From Epithemia pelagica (taxonomy: Eukaryota > Protista > Bacillariophyta), in contig OX337232.1 of the NCBI GenBank assembly GCA_946965045.2, positions 2,666,001 to 2,730,000 of the forward strand: a DNA stretch of 64,000 bases, given 5' to 3'. Positions 1-10,896 of this stretch are shown piece after piece. A model generated the notes under the pieces. It had not been told where the DNA came from, made no database searches, and saw nothing but the letters and a program-made list of their open reading frames with translations. Made by a program: the position numbers and the translations under genes. Each line of letters begins with the position of its first letter. Within the stretch, counting starts at the first letter, position 1.

Positions 1-15
1 CAGAAGAAGAAGGTT

Positions 16-3000
16 ATGGCCGTCAAGATGCAAAACGCTATGATTGCCGCTGCCAAGCTATCGGGAGATGACGAATATCATCAAGAAACATTACACCATC
101 GAATGTCAGTGTATCTCAACTCATCCAAGGAGGCAGATTTGCCCGTTGTGATCGATACCGGTGCCTCTTCGTCCTTGACCCCGAAACTGGAAGACTTTGA
201 TGGCCCGATCAAACCTTGCGACACAACAGAATTGAACGGGTTGTCCAGTTCAACCACGGTTGTTGGAGTCGGTATGGCCAGATGGACGATCCGAGACGTG
301 TTTGGTGTCACCCGTACCATCCGCACCAAGGCCTATTACGTGCCAGCCGCACAAATCCGCCTCTTTAGCCCACAATCGTATTTTCAAGAACGATCGTCCG
401 GTGAATTGTTAGTTAACCACAACCGCTGTAAATTGATCCTCCATGATGGAAGTGACCTCGAGTTTCCGTTCAATGGGCAGAGCAACCTGCCATTAATGCT
501 CACAAGCCACCAGGTTCAAATGGGGTTGTCTTTCGAGGACGTGATGGAGTTGGACGAGTCGAAGGTGTTTCTGTCCGTGGCAGATGAAGCCAATCAGAAC
601 ATTACCGCAGCACAACGTGAGCTGCTTAAATGGCACTGGAAATTGGGCCATGCTAATTTTACATGGATCCAAGAGTTGTGTCGGAATCCGCGGACGGAAC
701 GACGTCGCGTCCTGCATACGCGTGAAAAACAAACGTCGTCGTGTCCAATTGACAACTTGCATTGTACTGCATGTCGACTTGGGAAACAACGTCGCCGTGG
801 TGCTAACACACAGCACACGGGAACCAAAGAAAATCGTCACATGGTCACGAAGTCAGACAACGTCAAACCCGGTGACTGTGTCAGCGTTGACCAGTATCAA
901 TCTCCTTTGACTGGTCGTCTTCCGAACACCTGTGGCAGAGAACTGAAGAAGGATCAATTCACGGGCGGTACTCTTTTCGTAGATCATGCCTCAGGGCTTA
1001 TCTACTGTGTCCACCAGGTGTCCCTCAACACCGGTGAGACTCTCCAAGCCAAACTGCAGTTTGAGCAGTTTGCCCAAGAACAGGGCATAACAATCAAATC
1101 ATACCTTGCCGATAACAAGCCGTTTGGGAACAAGGATTTTGTTGCTGCGATTAAAGAGGCCGGCCAGACTATGTCGTTCTCCGGCGTTGGGGCACATCAC
1201 CAGAATGGTGTTGCCGAGCGTAGTATTCGCACCGTAACGTCCTGGGCCCGTACGATGATGCTGCATGCCGTGCTACATTGGCCGGAACATGCCCACGATT
1301 TAAGCCTTTGGCCGTTTGCCCTACAACATGCAGTGTGGCTTTGGAATCATCTCCCAAAGTGATTAACACACATTGCCCCATTGGAAGTTTTTACTGGAAC
1401 GACGTTCCCTACCTTACATCACTTGCACCGCAGTCACGTTTGGGGTTGCCCGGTCTATGTCCTAGACCCTGCCCTTCAAGATGGCAAGAAATTGCCCAAA
1501 TGGGCCCCTCGTGCTCGTCGTGGTCAGTACTTGGGCGTCTCACCCTCCCATTCAAGCACCGTGGGCCTGATTCTCAACATTGCTACGGGATACGTGAGTC
1601 CCCAATATCACGTCGTCTACGACGACTTGTTCAGTAGCGTGCCTAATGCCGAAACTGGAGGAGCCCTCCAACCCGATGTTTTCCATGGGTCCTTTTGGGA
1701 CCAACTCGTTGCCAGTGGCCTAGAACGGCTGGATGATGGTGACTATGCCGATGAACCCGTTCCTCCGCCCCTACATCATGATTGGATGACGAACGACGAG
1801 CTGGATGCCCTCCAGCGCCAACGGGACGACGCCGAAAGGGTCAATGCCTTACCCTTGCCCCCTACTTTGCCTCCAGCACCGCCCTTGCCTCCAGAGGGAG
1901 CTCCGGCACCTTTGGTTCCAGAGGGAGACGGTGAAGACGTGGATGTGGATGTTCCTGCTGACGCTCCTTTTCCCCATCACTTTCCCTTGGACCAAGTGGA
2001 CCCCAACGCGCCAGAGCACAACGAATACAACGATGCGAACGAACAAGACGATCCAAACGACAACAACGAACTGCCCCATTGGCAAATGGATGGAGTATGG
2101 GACGGCAACGGCGACAACAACACGACGATGGACTCAGCCGACGAAGTTGTGATCTTTGATGCGGATGAGGAAGAATCTGTGAGAAGAGAGCAAGAAAGAG
2201 AACGGCGATCACAGCACCTACAACCGCCAGACGAGATGACTTTTGGTCGTGGGAAGCGACAGCGCAAGCCAAACCCCAAGTATGCCAGCTTCTCGCAATC
2301 ACGGTGGGCATCACTCGCATGCTTCAACCGCGACTCCTATTCCAAGCAAAAGGTGAAACGTGACTCGGCCAACGATGCATTCCTGGCAGGACTCGATTGG
2401 ACCTCAACCGTGAATGAGTTACGATCATCAACCTCAACCTTAATGCACCGTCTACTGGCACTCAACACGGACTACCTGACGAACACGGTGGAAGCTATGC
2501 ACCCTATGATGCTAGTAACAAAAGCGGACGCAGCGGATAACCCTCGTTGGAATGAAGCCATGAGCGGACCAGATGCCGCAGGCTTCATGGAAGCTTGTAA
2601 AAAGGAAATCGACACCCTTTACCGACTAATGAAGGCCTGGACAGTGGTGGAACGGCAACCATGGATGAACGTGATCCCATCTACATGGGCGTTCAAACGG
2701 AAGCGATACCCCGACGGCTCAGTGAAGAAACTCAAAGCACGGTTTTGTGCACGAGGTGACTATCAAGTCGAAGGGATTGATTTCTTTGATACTTTTGCCC
2801 CTGTGGTCAATTGGACAACGGTACGCTTAATGCTTATCCTGTCCATTATATTGAACCTTGCAACGGTGCAGGTAGACTATACCGCGGCGTTCCTTCACGC
2901 CCCAATTGATCGTGATCCCAAGTGGGCCTCGATGACTCGAGAAGAGCGACAGAAGAGCGGTGTCTACGTCGAGATGCCAAGAGGATTCGGCCAAGATGGA

Positions 3001-4161
3001 CGAGTACTCAAATTAAATCGTTCTCTGTACGGACTCAAACAGGCCCCACGGAACTTCTTCCAACACTTCAAGGGCCAGTTAGAAAGAGTGGGCTTTGTGT
3101 CTCAAGAATCCGTTGATCCCTGCCTATTTATTTCGGACAAGGTCATTGCGGTAGTGTACGTGGACGACACACTCTTTTACAGTCCGAAGCGGGAATATAT
3201 CGACGAGGTGCTCGAACGATTAAAGAAAGAAGAACACGCTGAACTCGACGTTGAAGACAGCGTAGCAGGATTCTTGGGCGTTCACATTGAACGAGACAAT
3301 ACCCAAGGAACTATCAAACTGACCCAACAAGGTCTAATCAAACGTATATTGGAAGCCCTACAAGTTGGTGACTTGGAACGCAGTTGTACACCTGCATTAT
3401 CAAAGCCCCTTGTAGAAGACAAAGAAGGAGATCCCCCACAAGGCCGCTACAATTACGCTAGCGTGATCGGGATGCTCTAGTACCTTCATGCGCACAGTCG
3501 CCCTGATTTAACGTATGCCGTGAGCCAATGTGCCCGGTTCGTCCACAACCCGAAGCGTTCACACGAACGAGCAGTCGAGAAGATTGGGCAGTATCTGAAA
3601 CATACCCAAGACCAAGGATTGATCTTGAAGCCGAGCCAAGAACTCGACGTCGACTGCTACGTCGATGCAGACTTTGCCGGATTATGGCCGTACGAAGAAA
3701 AGAATGACCCTACCAGTGTCAAGAGCCGTACAGGCTACGCTATATGCATTGCAAATTGCCCAGTCATATGGACGAGCAAACTCCAAACATCCATTGCCCT
3801 GAGTACAATGGAAGCCGAATACAACGCGCTAAGCGAAGCTTTGAAGTCGGTCCTTCCCTTACGAGAACTCCTGACCCATGTCGCAAAAGGAGTGGGATTA
3901 AGTGACGACTACACCACAACATTCAAGACTACCGTATGGGAAGACAACGCTGGAGCGTTAACCCTTGCAAATATGGAACCAGGTCGAATCACGCCCAGAT
4001 CAAAATATTATGCCGTGAAAACCCATTGGTTCCGATCCCATCTAAACGAGCGCCTAACCGTTGTCAAAGTGGCAACGACGGAACAACGCGCGGATATTTT
4101 AACCAAAGGATTGACCCAAACCACTTTCGAGCACATCCGGAAGCTCCTTTGTGGTTGGTAA
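16..4161 (+). pseudogene. pol: Copia A pol polyprotein with two in-frame nonsense codons
   Basis: ORFs 16-1362, 1381-3480 and 3520-4161 share one frame. They are broken by TGA at 1360 (NHLPK*LTHIAPLEVF) and TAG at 3478 (GML*YLHAHSRPD). Confidence 0.9.
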
Positions 4162-4240
4162 GGCCTTCACCATTTCATTTCATCCCACAATCCATCTCAT
4201 TACATGTTATCTCTCATCCGATTGCTCCTCTGAGAGGGAG

Positions 4241-4461
4241 TGAAAGGACAGTGCGACCTAATGGAGACTCCAAAGGGACGATCCATAGGTTCAAGGCCAG
4301 CGTCGCAATCGAATGACGTACCCTCACCCATTACCACTTACGTATTAGGACCTACCGAGTTTAAACCGATTACTAGTCATAATTTTACAAACCAAACCCT
4401 CCTTTCAAACAAGAGGAGCAAGTCGACAACACAAGCAACTGAAGACTCAATCTGAGCAACA
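4241..4461 (+). repeat. Probable 3' LTR of copia A
   Basis: Starts TG directly after the PPT. The CA end (gagcaaca, 4461) is a guess because the partner LTR is outside the window. Confidence 0.55.
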
Positions 4462-5000
4462 GATGATTTGCACCACTAATTCTATCTCACTGAGCTTTAA
4501 AACTCTATAGAATAATAAAAGAATCCTACAATTGATTTTAGCTGCCGCCCATTGAATGGACCAAAAATGGATGTTATACGGCACAAACACATGGCACTAT
4601 GGCAAAGAAGTGAGAGAACCTATCCCAAACCATTGTCCAATTCCAATGCAGGGGTTAAGCTATGTGGAACTTACCATGCTGACAAAGATGAGATGCTCAG
4701 TGCTCAGTGATGAAGCATGAGGCCGTTTTGGTGTTGTTGTTGGTTTGGTCGTTGCCCCATTTTGTTTTCTGCGTGGGTTTTGTGGCCTCCGGACCGGACC
4801 GGACATTCTTTCGAGTCTTGTTCAGCAGAACGCCTGCCAACTTCCAACTGCCATATCACGCAAGCCTTTCAAGAGGGATGTGAAATTTTTTTCGAGACAA
4901 GCTGGAGTTTTTGGTGAGCGGGACAGACCATGAAAGAGTTGACAGGCAGACCACTGGTGCCAAAAAACTGGGTGTGGTTAATTGGGAGTCATGCTTATTC

Positions 5001-6281
5001 GCCATTATTTCCCCTCCATATTGGTGAGGCGGCCAGACATATCCCCAACCCTATCTTTTTTGAATATCGCCCGCCACTGCTCCAGGTAGCTCTAAGTATC
5101 TCTAATTGCCAACACCGTTACATCAAGGTCGGCTTGCGTCCAGTGGTTTCTGAATGCTCATAAATTTGGGCAACCCTCTTGTTCTCGTCTGTCACAAAAC
5201 CCAAAACCGAGGCAAATGCTTGACCATGACGTGAGGTAAGAACCATGGACGGATCATGCTGGGCTGAATTGCATTTAACTTCTCACTACTGCTGCTTATT
5301 TCTAATCTTGTCGTCTCCTTTTCTTTCTTCTTAGTCATCACTGCTGCAATCTTTCCTTTTGTTCTTGCATGATCCTTTGGATTTGTCTCATGTTTTACGA
5401 GTAGACTGGGTATAAGCTGCTTGTGGTCAAGTGGAATATCCTTCCCTTTCCCCTTCTTGTAATTCTTTTGTCGTTTGACTGTTGGCTGGTTGGTTACTTT
5501 CATGTTTTTTGTAGGATAGATGATTCACTATTCATAGTATCATTGTCAATCATTTCTCAACGACCGAACATTTTGTTGTTTTTGCTTCAAGTAGATGGCT
5601 CCATCTTGCTCTTGCCACACCCTACTTTCCAATTATCAGCTCGTAGAGCTAGAGTCAAACAGCGAATGATTCAATTTGTAGCTGTACAAGCATGTAAGAG
5701 CTGCTCTGTCGTGTGTTCATGGTGAAACTGAGGGTCATTGACGTGCTCAAAACAGAAAACTGATGTACTACACGAATACAGAAGGCACTAAACTCTATGG
5801 ATGGCTAGCACTTGAGTTCTATTTCTAGGAGTAGTTAATAAAGAAAAGGAGGTCTATAGTCTGTGGATAAATGCAATGGAAGTTATGGGTATCATTTCGA
5901 CAGAAATGAACAATGGCAAGTAATGAGCTGCTGAGCCAGAGACACAGCAGATGAGCAGACTCTTGTCCCATGAGCAGAGCAAGCAAAAGTGACAAGTGTG
6001 AGTCAGCATGAGCAATGTAATTGTCATGGCAATCCTCAATGGATCAAGCTCACCTGGAATGTCATTGATACGATGTGCTTTGGCAAGAGAAAAGGATTGT
6101 GTACTTGTCCGGCATTATGAATAATGAAACAACCAACCGTCATCCACGCAGGGCCGCTTGCTGGCAGTTGGAGAGCTGGCAAAGTCACCCCATTTGAGAG
6201 CAAGCTCTCCCTAGCACGTGTCCACGAAACGCGACCGAGTTTGGTCTGGCCGCCTCACCAATATGGAGGGGAAATAATGGC
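5001..6281. repeat. Perfect 38-bp inverted repeat pair (5001-5038 and 6244-6281)
   Basis: GCCATTATTTCCCCTCCATATTGGTGAGGCGGCCAGAC at 5001 and its exact reverse complement at 6244-6281. Confidence 0.85.
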
Positions 6282-6621
6282 AAATGGTACATGTCCATTG
6301 TCCATAACAAAAGGAGAATTGACATTGACATGAATTGACATTGACATGGGTCATTCATGGGGAATGGGGAATGGTGAAAATAATAATGTGGGTCGAAATT
6401 TGGGACGACAATCAAGAATGGGGAAGACACATGACAGTTGACAGTTGGAGCAGGGTATGTGAAAGGGATGGCTGGCGTGTTTCCAGTAGGTCAAATTGGA
6501 AAAAAACATTTTTTTAGAAATTTCCAATTGATTTTTTTGTCTATGAGATTGGGTTTGTCTTGCCCGAACAGACGAGCTAAGAAGCGGACACCTAGTCGGA
6601 GGGTTTCGTCTTCCTTTCGAA

Positions 6622-6818
6622 TGAAATCCACCATGGCACGTGTGCGGCAGTTAGATGGTGCGGCCGGCGCCTATTGGCGGGCCTGAGTGTGCACTTTTTA
6701 GCAATAACCTTTATCCTAGAACCTTGGCCTTAGCGGTCACTCTTTTGCATGAAATCCTGAGTTGCACCCTAACCTGTGAGTTTACCGTGTTGTACGGCGT
6801 GTTTTATTCGGTTTATCA
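6622..6818 (+). repeat. 5' LTR of copia B
   Basis: TG...CA, about 197 bp. Aligns with 21570-22245 after removing the MITE; 5 substitutions seen in about 190 bp. Confidence 0.85.
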
Positions 6819-7038
6819 GACCCAATGTGCCAGGAAGCAATTGAGAGCCGCAACATCGATCCATACATGCGTGCGGGTCGCATATCGAGGTTGCGTAAGC
6901 GGGGACTTGAGCATTTGCTCACCCTAGAAAGTGTCGAGGACTGATCACCCTCGAATGTTGTCATCCTGCGACGACTGATTCTAACATGAAAACATATTGC
7001 TATTTCTTCTATTTGAAAGTGAAAACAAAGATATCACA

Positions 7039-8490
7039 ATGGCAGCTAACGCCGACATGGAGCAAATCCTTACGTGGATCGGTTTTACCGATGGCCCTCA
7101 ACGTCACCGCATTTGTCAAGAAGGCGGTTTTGGAACGATGTCCGACTTCGTCGGTGTCACGGAAACCGACATCAGGAACATGGCTGAGAGTTTTGAGAAA
7201 AGGACTGACGCTAATGGACGCATTCTCTTCAGGATGCGCCGCATTAAATGGCTTATTGGCATTATGCACTGGGTACAAAATTTCCTTCGTTGTTCCCTGC
7301 AAACAACCATTGCCAACATTGCCGACGGAAACGCGTTCAAGGATGCTCTAACAACCGCCATCGATCGTGCTGAGACCCGTCAAGTGGAAGCTGAACAAGC
7401 TGACACGGTCAGCAAAGCAGCCGATCCGGAAGCAGCCGATCCGGGAAAGTTTAAGGACGAACGCAAGTGGCCCGATTGGGAACCCGCGTTCGTCAACTAC
7501 CTTTCGACCATCCCTGGCGTGAACGGAGTACCTTTGTCGTATGTTGTCCGAGCAAATGACCAACCTGACCATGTGACGGATTTCGGTGAAGATTTCAACC
7601 GCAAGATTATCGCTTGTGCACCCTTGAATGGAACCCACTTCCGCACTGACGCGCGAAAAGTTCACCAACTCCTGAAGAACTACCTTGTCGCGGAGACCGC
7701 TGAGCAGTGGACCAAGCATCTTGCTTGTCACAGCGACGGTCGTCGTGATATGGCCGCCCTTCGTGACCACTACGCGGGCGAGGGAAACGCGAGTCGACGC
7801 ATTGCGTCTGCCGACCGCATGCGTGAGAGCCTACACTATAAAAGTGAACGCTCGCTCCCTTTTACGACGTTCTTGGACCGTCTTCAGAAGATGTTTAACA
7901 TCTATGAAGACGAGGGGGAGAAGTATACGGACGCCGCCAAGATTTGCGAGTTATTCAAGCGCGTGCAACATCCCCAGTTGCAAGACACGGTCAAGGCTCT
8001 CAAGGTTCGGTTCGATATGGACTGTCTGACTTACACTCAGGCCGCCAATCACATCGCCGCAGCCGTCAGCGAGATGCCAGAATATCAGTTGGCCCGCAAA
8101 GTGTCCTCGGCGCAACGCATTCGCGGGGGAGGGTCCAGGTTTAACACACCCCAGAAATCCGGTGGAACTAAGGCGCCAAAGAGTGGAGTCCATATGCCCG
8201 ATGGGACGATCTTTACCGGTTTCTACAAAAACTGGAGAGAGCTCCCTGACGATGACAAGCAGAAAGTCATCGACGAGCGGAAGAAGAAGCAGAAAAGCGG
8301 TGGGAAACGCAAAGCATCCGAGATTACTAGTATGGCCGAAACTCTTGTTGAAATGAAACGCCAGGTGGCGGAGTTATCTACCAATATGGCTAGTGCCACA
8401 AAGAAAGAAAACGAAGAAGAACGCGTGCCCGATGATGCCGGAAATAAGTTTGGCGGCCGCAACGAACGTGCAAATGGGAAGCATGGGTGA
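7039..8490 (+). CDS. gag: Copia B Gag
   Basis: Open ORF (MAANADMEQIL...) with diatom-copia-type gag motifs KWPDWEPAFVNYLSTIPGVNGVPLSYVVR and DGRRDMAALRDHYAGEG. Confidence 0.85.
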   Translation: MAANADMEQILTWIGFTDGPQRHRICQEGGFGTMSDFVGVTETDIRNMAESFEKRTDANGRILFRMRRIKWLIGIMHWVQNFLRCSLQTTIANIADGNAFKDALTTAIDRAETRQVEAEQADTVSKAADPEAADPGKFKDERKWPDWEPAFVNYLSTIPGVNGVPLSYVVRANDQPDHVTDFGEDFNRKIIACAPLNGTHFRTDARKVHQLLKNYLVAETAEQWTKHLACHSDGRRDMAALRDHYAGEGNASRRIASADRMRESLHYKSERSLPFTTFLDRLQKMFNIYEDEGEKYTDAAKICELFKRVQHPQLQDTVKALKVRFDMDCLTYTQAANHIAAAVSEMPEYQLARKVSSAQRIRGGGSRFNTPQKSGGTKAPKSGVHMPDGTIFTGFYKNWRELPDDDKQKVIDERKKKQKSGGKRKASEITSMAETLVEMKRQVAELSTNMASATKKENEEERVPDDAGNKFGGRNERANGKHG

Positions 8491-8985
8491 CAGTTGCCCT
8501 CCCTGCTCGTGTGGTACTTGTTTAAATTCGTGAGTTATCTCTGTATACGAATTGTTGTATCACTTATGTCGCGAGTAGGGAGACCACGTACCATTAGTCG
8601 AATCGTATTGTCCGCAAGGTCGAGCACTCAGCATCGTGAAAAAGGAAAAAGAAGCAGAGAAGAAATGACCACTGGTCGTTTAGAATTTGACACACATGCG
8701 GACACGATTGTCCTGGGTGCGAATTGTGTAATCCTGTCTTATACAGGCAAGGAATGCGATGTCTCTCCGTACACCGAAACTTATGAGTCTATCAAGAATG
8801 TGCCAGTGGTGTCAGGAGCGACATTATGGACCAATAAAACTGACGGCCAGGAATTCATCCTGGTGTTCAATGAGGCACTGTGGATGGGTGACCAGTTGGG
8901 TCACACCTTGGTAAACCCCAATTAAGTCCGGGCTTACGGCATCCCAGAACAAGACAATCCTTATAACGGACAGGAGGCATTATCC

Positions 8986-9769
8986 TGTTAGAATTCTCAC
9001 CGTCTATGGTGGTTAGATTCTACATCTCATCGATTCCCCATGTCACATAGCCTCGTGCTATCGCATCATGCCATCTAGCTTCGAGCTATGTTCCCTAGCT
9101 TCGCGCTATATCGACCTATATTTCTTCGCAAATCATGAAAAGTGAGAATAGATTGACGAACTCACTCTCAAGACTAAACTGGGTCGTGCGGTATTACAAC
9201 GGACTTAAATTTGGCCGTTGCTCGGACATTATACTAACGCCCTAAGCGTACGCGCCCGAAATCATCGAGCGCGCCCAAGCGACATCCGAGCGCTGTCGGC
9301 ATCTATCCGACCCAACGGTCTAAGTATCCCAAGCACGACACACGATCACGCGAGACCATATTTCCATTCCCACAATCTCCAAATTGTCAACAAGCTGCGC
9401 GCCATGAAAACAACTATGCCAATCCAAAGCAAGAGCTGTTGACCCTGTATATGTTATCTGTCCACATATACATGTCATATACATCACATGAATCGACTCC
9501 AACTATTCCAAACCTGTTGCCGCCAAGTACATATGACACATGACCCTTGGCAGGACCGAACATTTCACGTAGACCTATCGTAGTAATCAACACACAATCT
9601 AACAATATCACCATTTATCACATCCTCTTTTGTGTCCCGACTATCCTTTTGATAGACTACGACTTGCTTTCCTCTCTTACCCGTGGAGAGGTTTGTATCG
9701 GTTGGTGACTACCTGATTGTCTGCTCTACCGAGCATCAATGTCCCTACGATTCAGAAAGAATTGTAACA
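8986..9769 (+). repeat. 5' LTR of copia C
   Basis: TG...CA, 784 bp; only 2 substitutions noticed relative to 16579-17362. Confidence 0.96.
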
Positions 9770-9805
9770 GATTAACAGTCTCAAAGCTTATTTCCTTGTG
9801 GTTTC

Positions 9806-10576
9806 ATGGATACTAACGAGCTTATCACTCCTGTACGACAGATCTATCGAGCCAACCTGCATCCCGGGCAGCCCGATACCCTGGTGCAGCAGGAACTGGT
9901 GCCGACAGCCAACACATCGGTCAACATCTCCGTCGACAGTTCCAACAGCAACCCATTCGAGACTCCAACCCAGCCTCACGCTCCAATCCCTGCGCCGTTG
10001 CTTCGGCCCCCGAGTCCGCCTCGTCGGCTCGTCCCTTCTCGATCCCGTCGTACCACCCGGTTGATTGCTGATCATATCAAGTACTTCCGTCAACCAACTT
10101 CTTTGACCTTCGATCCCGAGATCATCCGTGGGGAGACCCAGATCGAACGCCAGTTCCAATCGGTGACCCACATCGTCGACCAAGAAGACATTGACCGTCT
10201 GAACGACCAACTTCATCGTTCTCCGAGGCGTCGCCTCATCTTGGCCGCCCTCTCGGGCAACCCCATCCGTACTGTCCACCTCAGCTTCCTAACATTCGAG
10301 CGCCCAACTGGATACTACAATACCATCTACGTCGTGAACGCGACGACTTGCCCTCTGCCTCCTAACCTTGTACGCCTAGATAACTACGTTGCCTACATCC
10401 ACGAGGTCCATACCATCGAGGACCATCGTGCAACTATCTTCCCTTTGCGCACCGAGGTCGAGAACCACTTGGCTGAAGGTGATACCCCTTCTTCTGTTGC
10501 TTGTGCTGCCCCATCTGAGCCTGGAAACGACTCTGATTATTCGGAAGAGAGTGGAGATTCGGAAACCGAAGCTTAA
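9806..10576 (+). CDS. Accessory ORF (ORF0) upstream of gag in copia C, 256 aa, unknown function
   Basis: Uninterrupted ATG-to-TAA ORF with C-rich third positions, Pro-rich N-terminus, a globular-looking middle and an acidic Ser-rich tail. No recognisable retroelement domain. Confidence 0.75.
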   Translation: MDTNELITPVRQIYRANLHPGQPDTLVQQELVPTANTSVNISVDSSNSNPFETPTQPHAPIPAPLLRPPSPPRRLVPSRSRRTTRLIADHIKYFRQPTSLTFDPEIIRGETQIERQFQSVTHIVDQEDIDRLNDQLHRSPRRRLILAALSGNPIRTVHLSFLTFERPTGYYNTIYVVNATTCPLPPNLVRLDNYVAYIHEVHTIEDHRATIFPLRTEVENHLAEGDTPSSVACAAPSEPGNDSDYSEESGDSETEA

Positions 10577-10631
10577 TTACTCATAGTTAACTCCCGTCCT
10601 CTCAAAACCTTTCCAAGACTTAAACTCAACG

Positions 10632-10876
10632 CACATCCGGGTACCCTTGGTCGCACAACACGCCACACATTCCCGTCAAATCGCGAAAATTCGGCGAAAA
10701 TTTGTTGAAACTCGGCGAAAATTTGTCGGAATCAACGGAAATTTCCAGGAGTCGCACATCACAACACACATCCGGGTATCACATACGTGGTACATACGTG
10801 GCACACGTGGTACATCCGGGTTCACATCACATCACACATTAAATAAACCACATCACACCGCACATTAAATAAACAT
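10632..10876 (+). repeat. Repeat-rich spacer between ORF0 and gag of copia C
   Basis: ACATCCGGGT x3 (10633, 10768, 10812), TCGGCGAAAATTTGT x2, ACGTGG x3, CACATTAAATAAAC x2. Confidence 0.75.
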
Positions 10877-10896
10877 CGAACCAACCAAATAACACC

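Larger units (their letters stand above)
1..4461 (+). mobile_element. Ty1/copia LTR retrotransposon A, 5' part outside the window
   Basis: Domain order PR (VIDTGAS), GAG-pre-integrase (WHWKLGH), integrase (HQNGVAER), RT (YVDD), RNase H (YVDADFAG, EAEY, ADILTK) is the copia order. Purine tract GAGAGGGAG at 4232-4240 is followed by TG at 4241. Confidence 0.93.

Noticed and set aside
5192-5725. Short Lys-rich and hydrophobic ORFs
   Set aside because: No recognisable motifs; probably degenerate or non-coding sequence.
9218-9614. Short ORFs repeated at 16811-17095
   Set aside because: They lie within the copia C LTRs and recur only because the LTR is duplicated.
9770-9800. Primer-binding sites after the 5' LTRs (also at 6819 and 48865)
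   Set aside because: No canonical TGG-starting tRNA complement was recognised; it cannot be assigned without a tRNA search.
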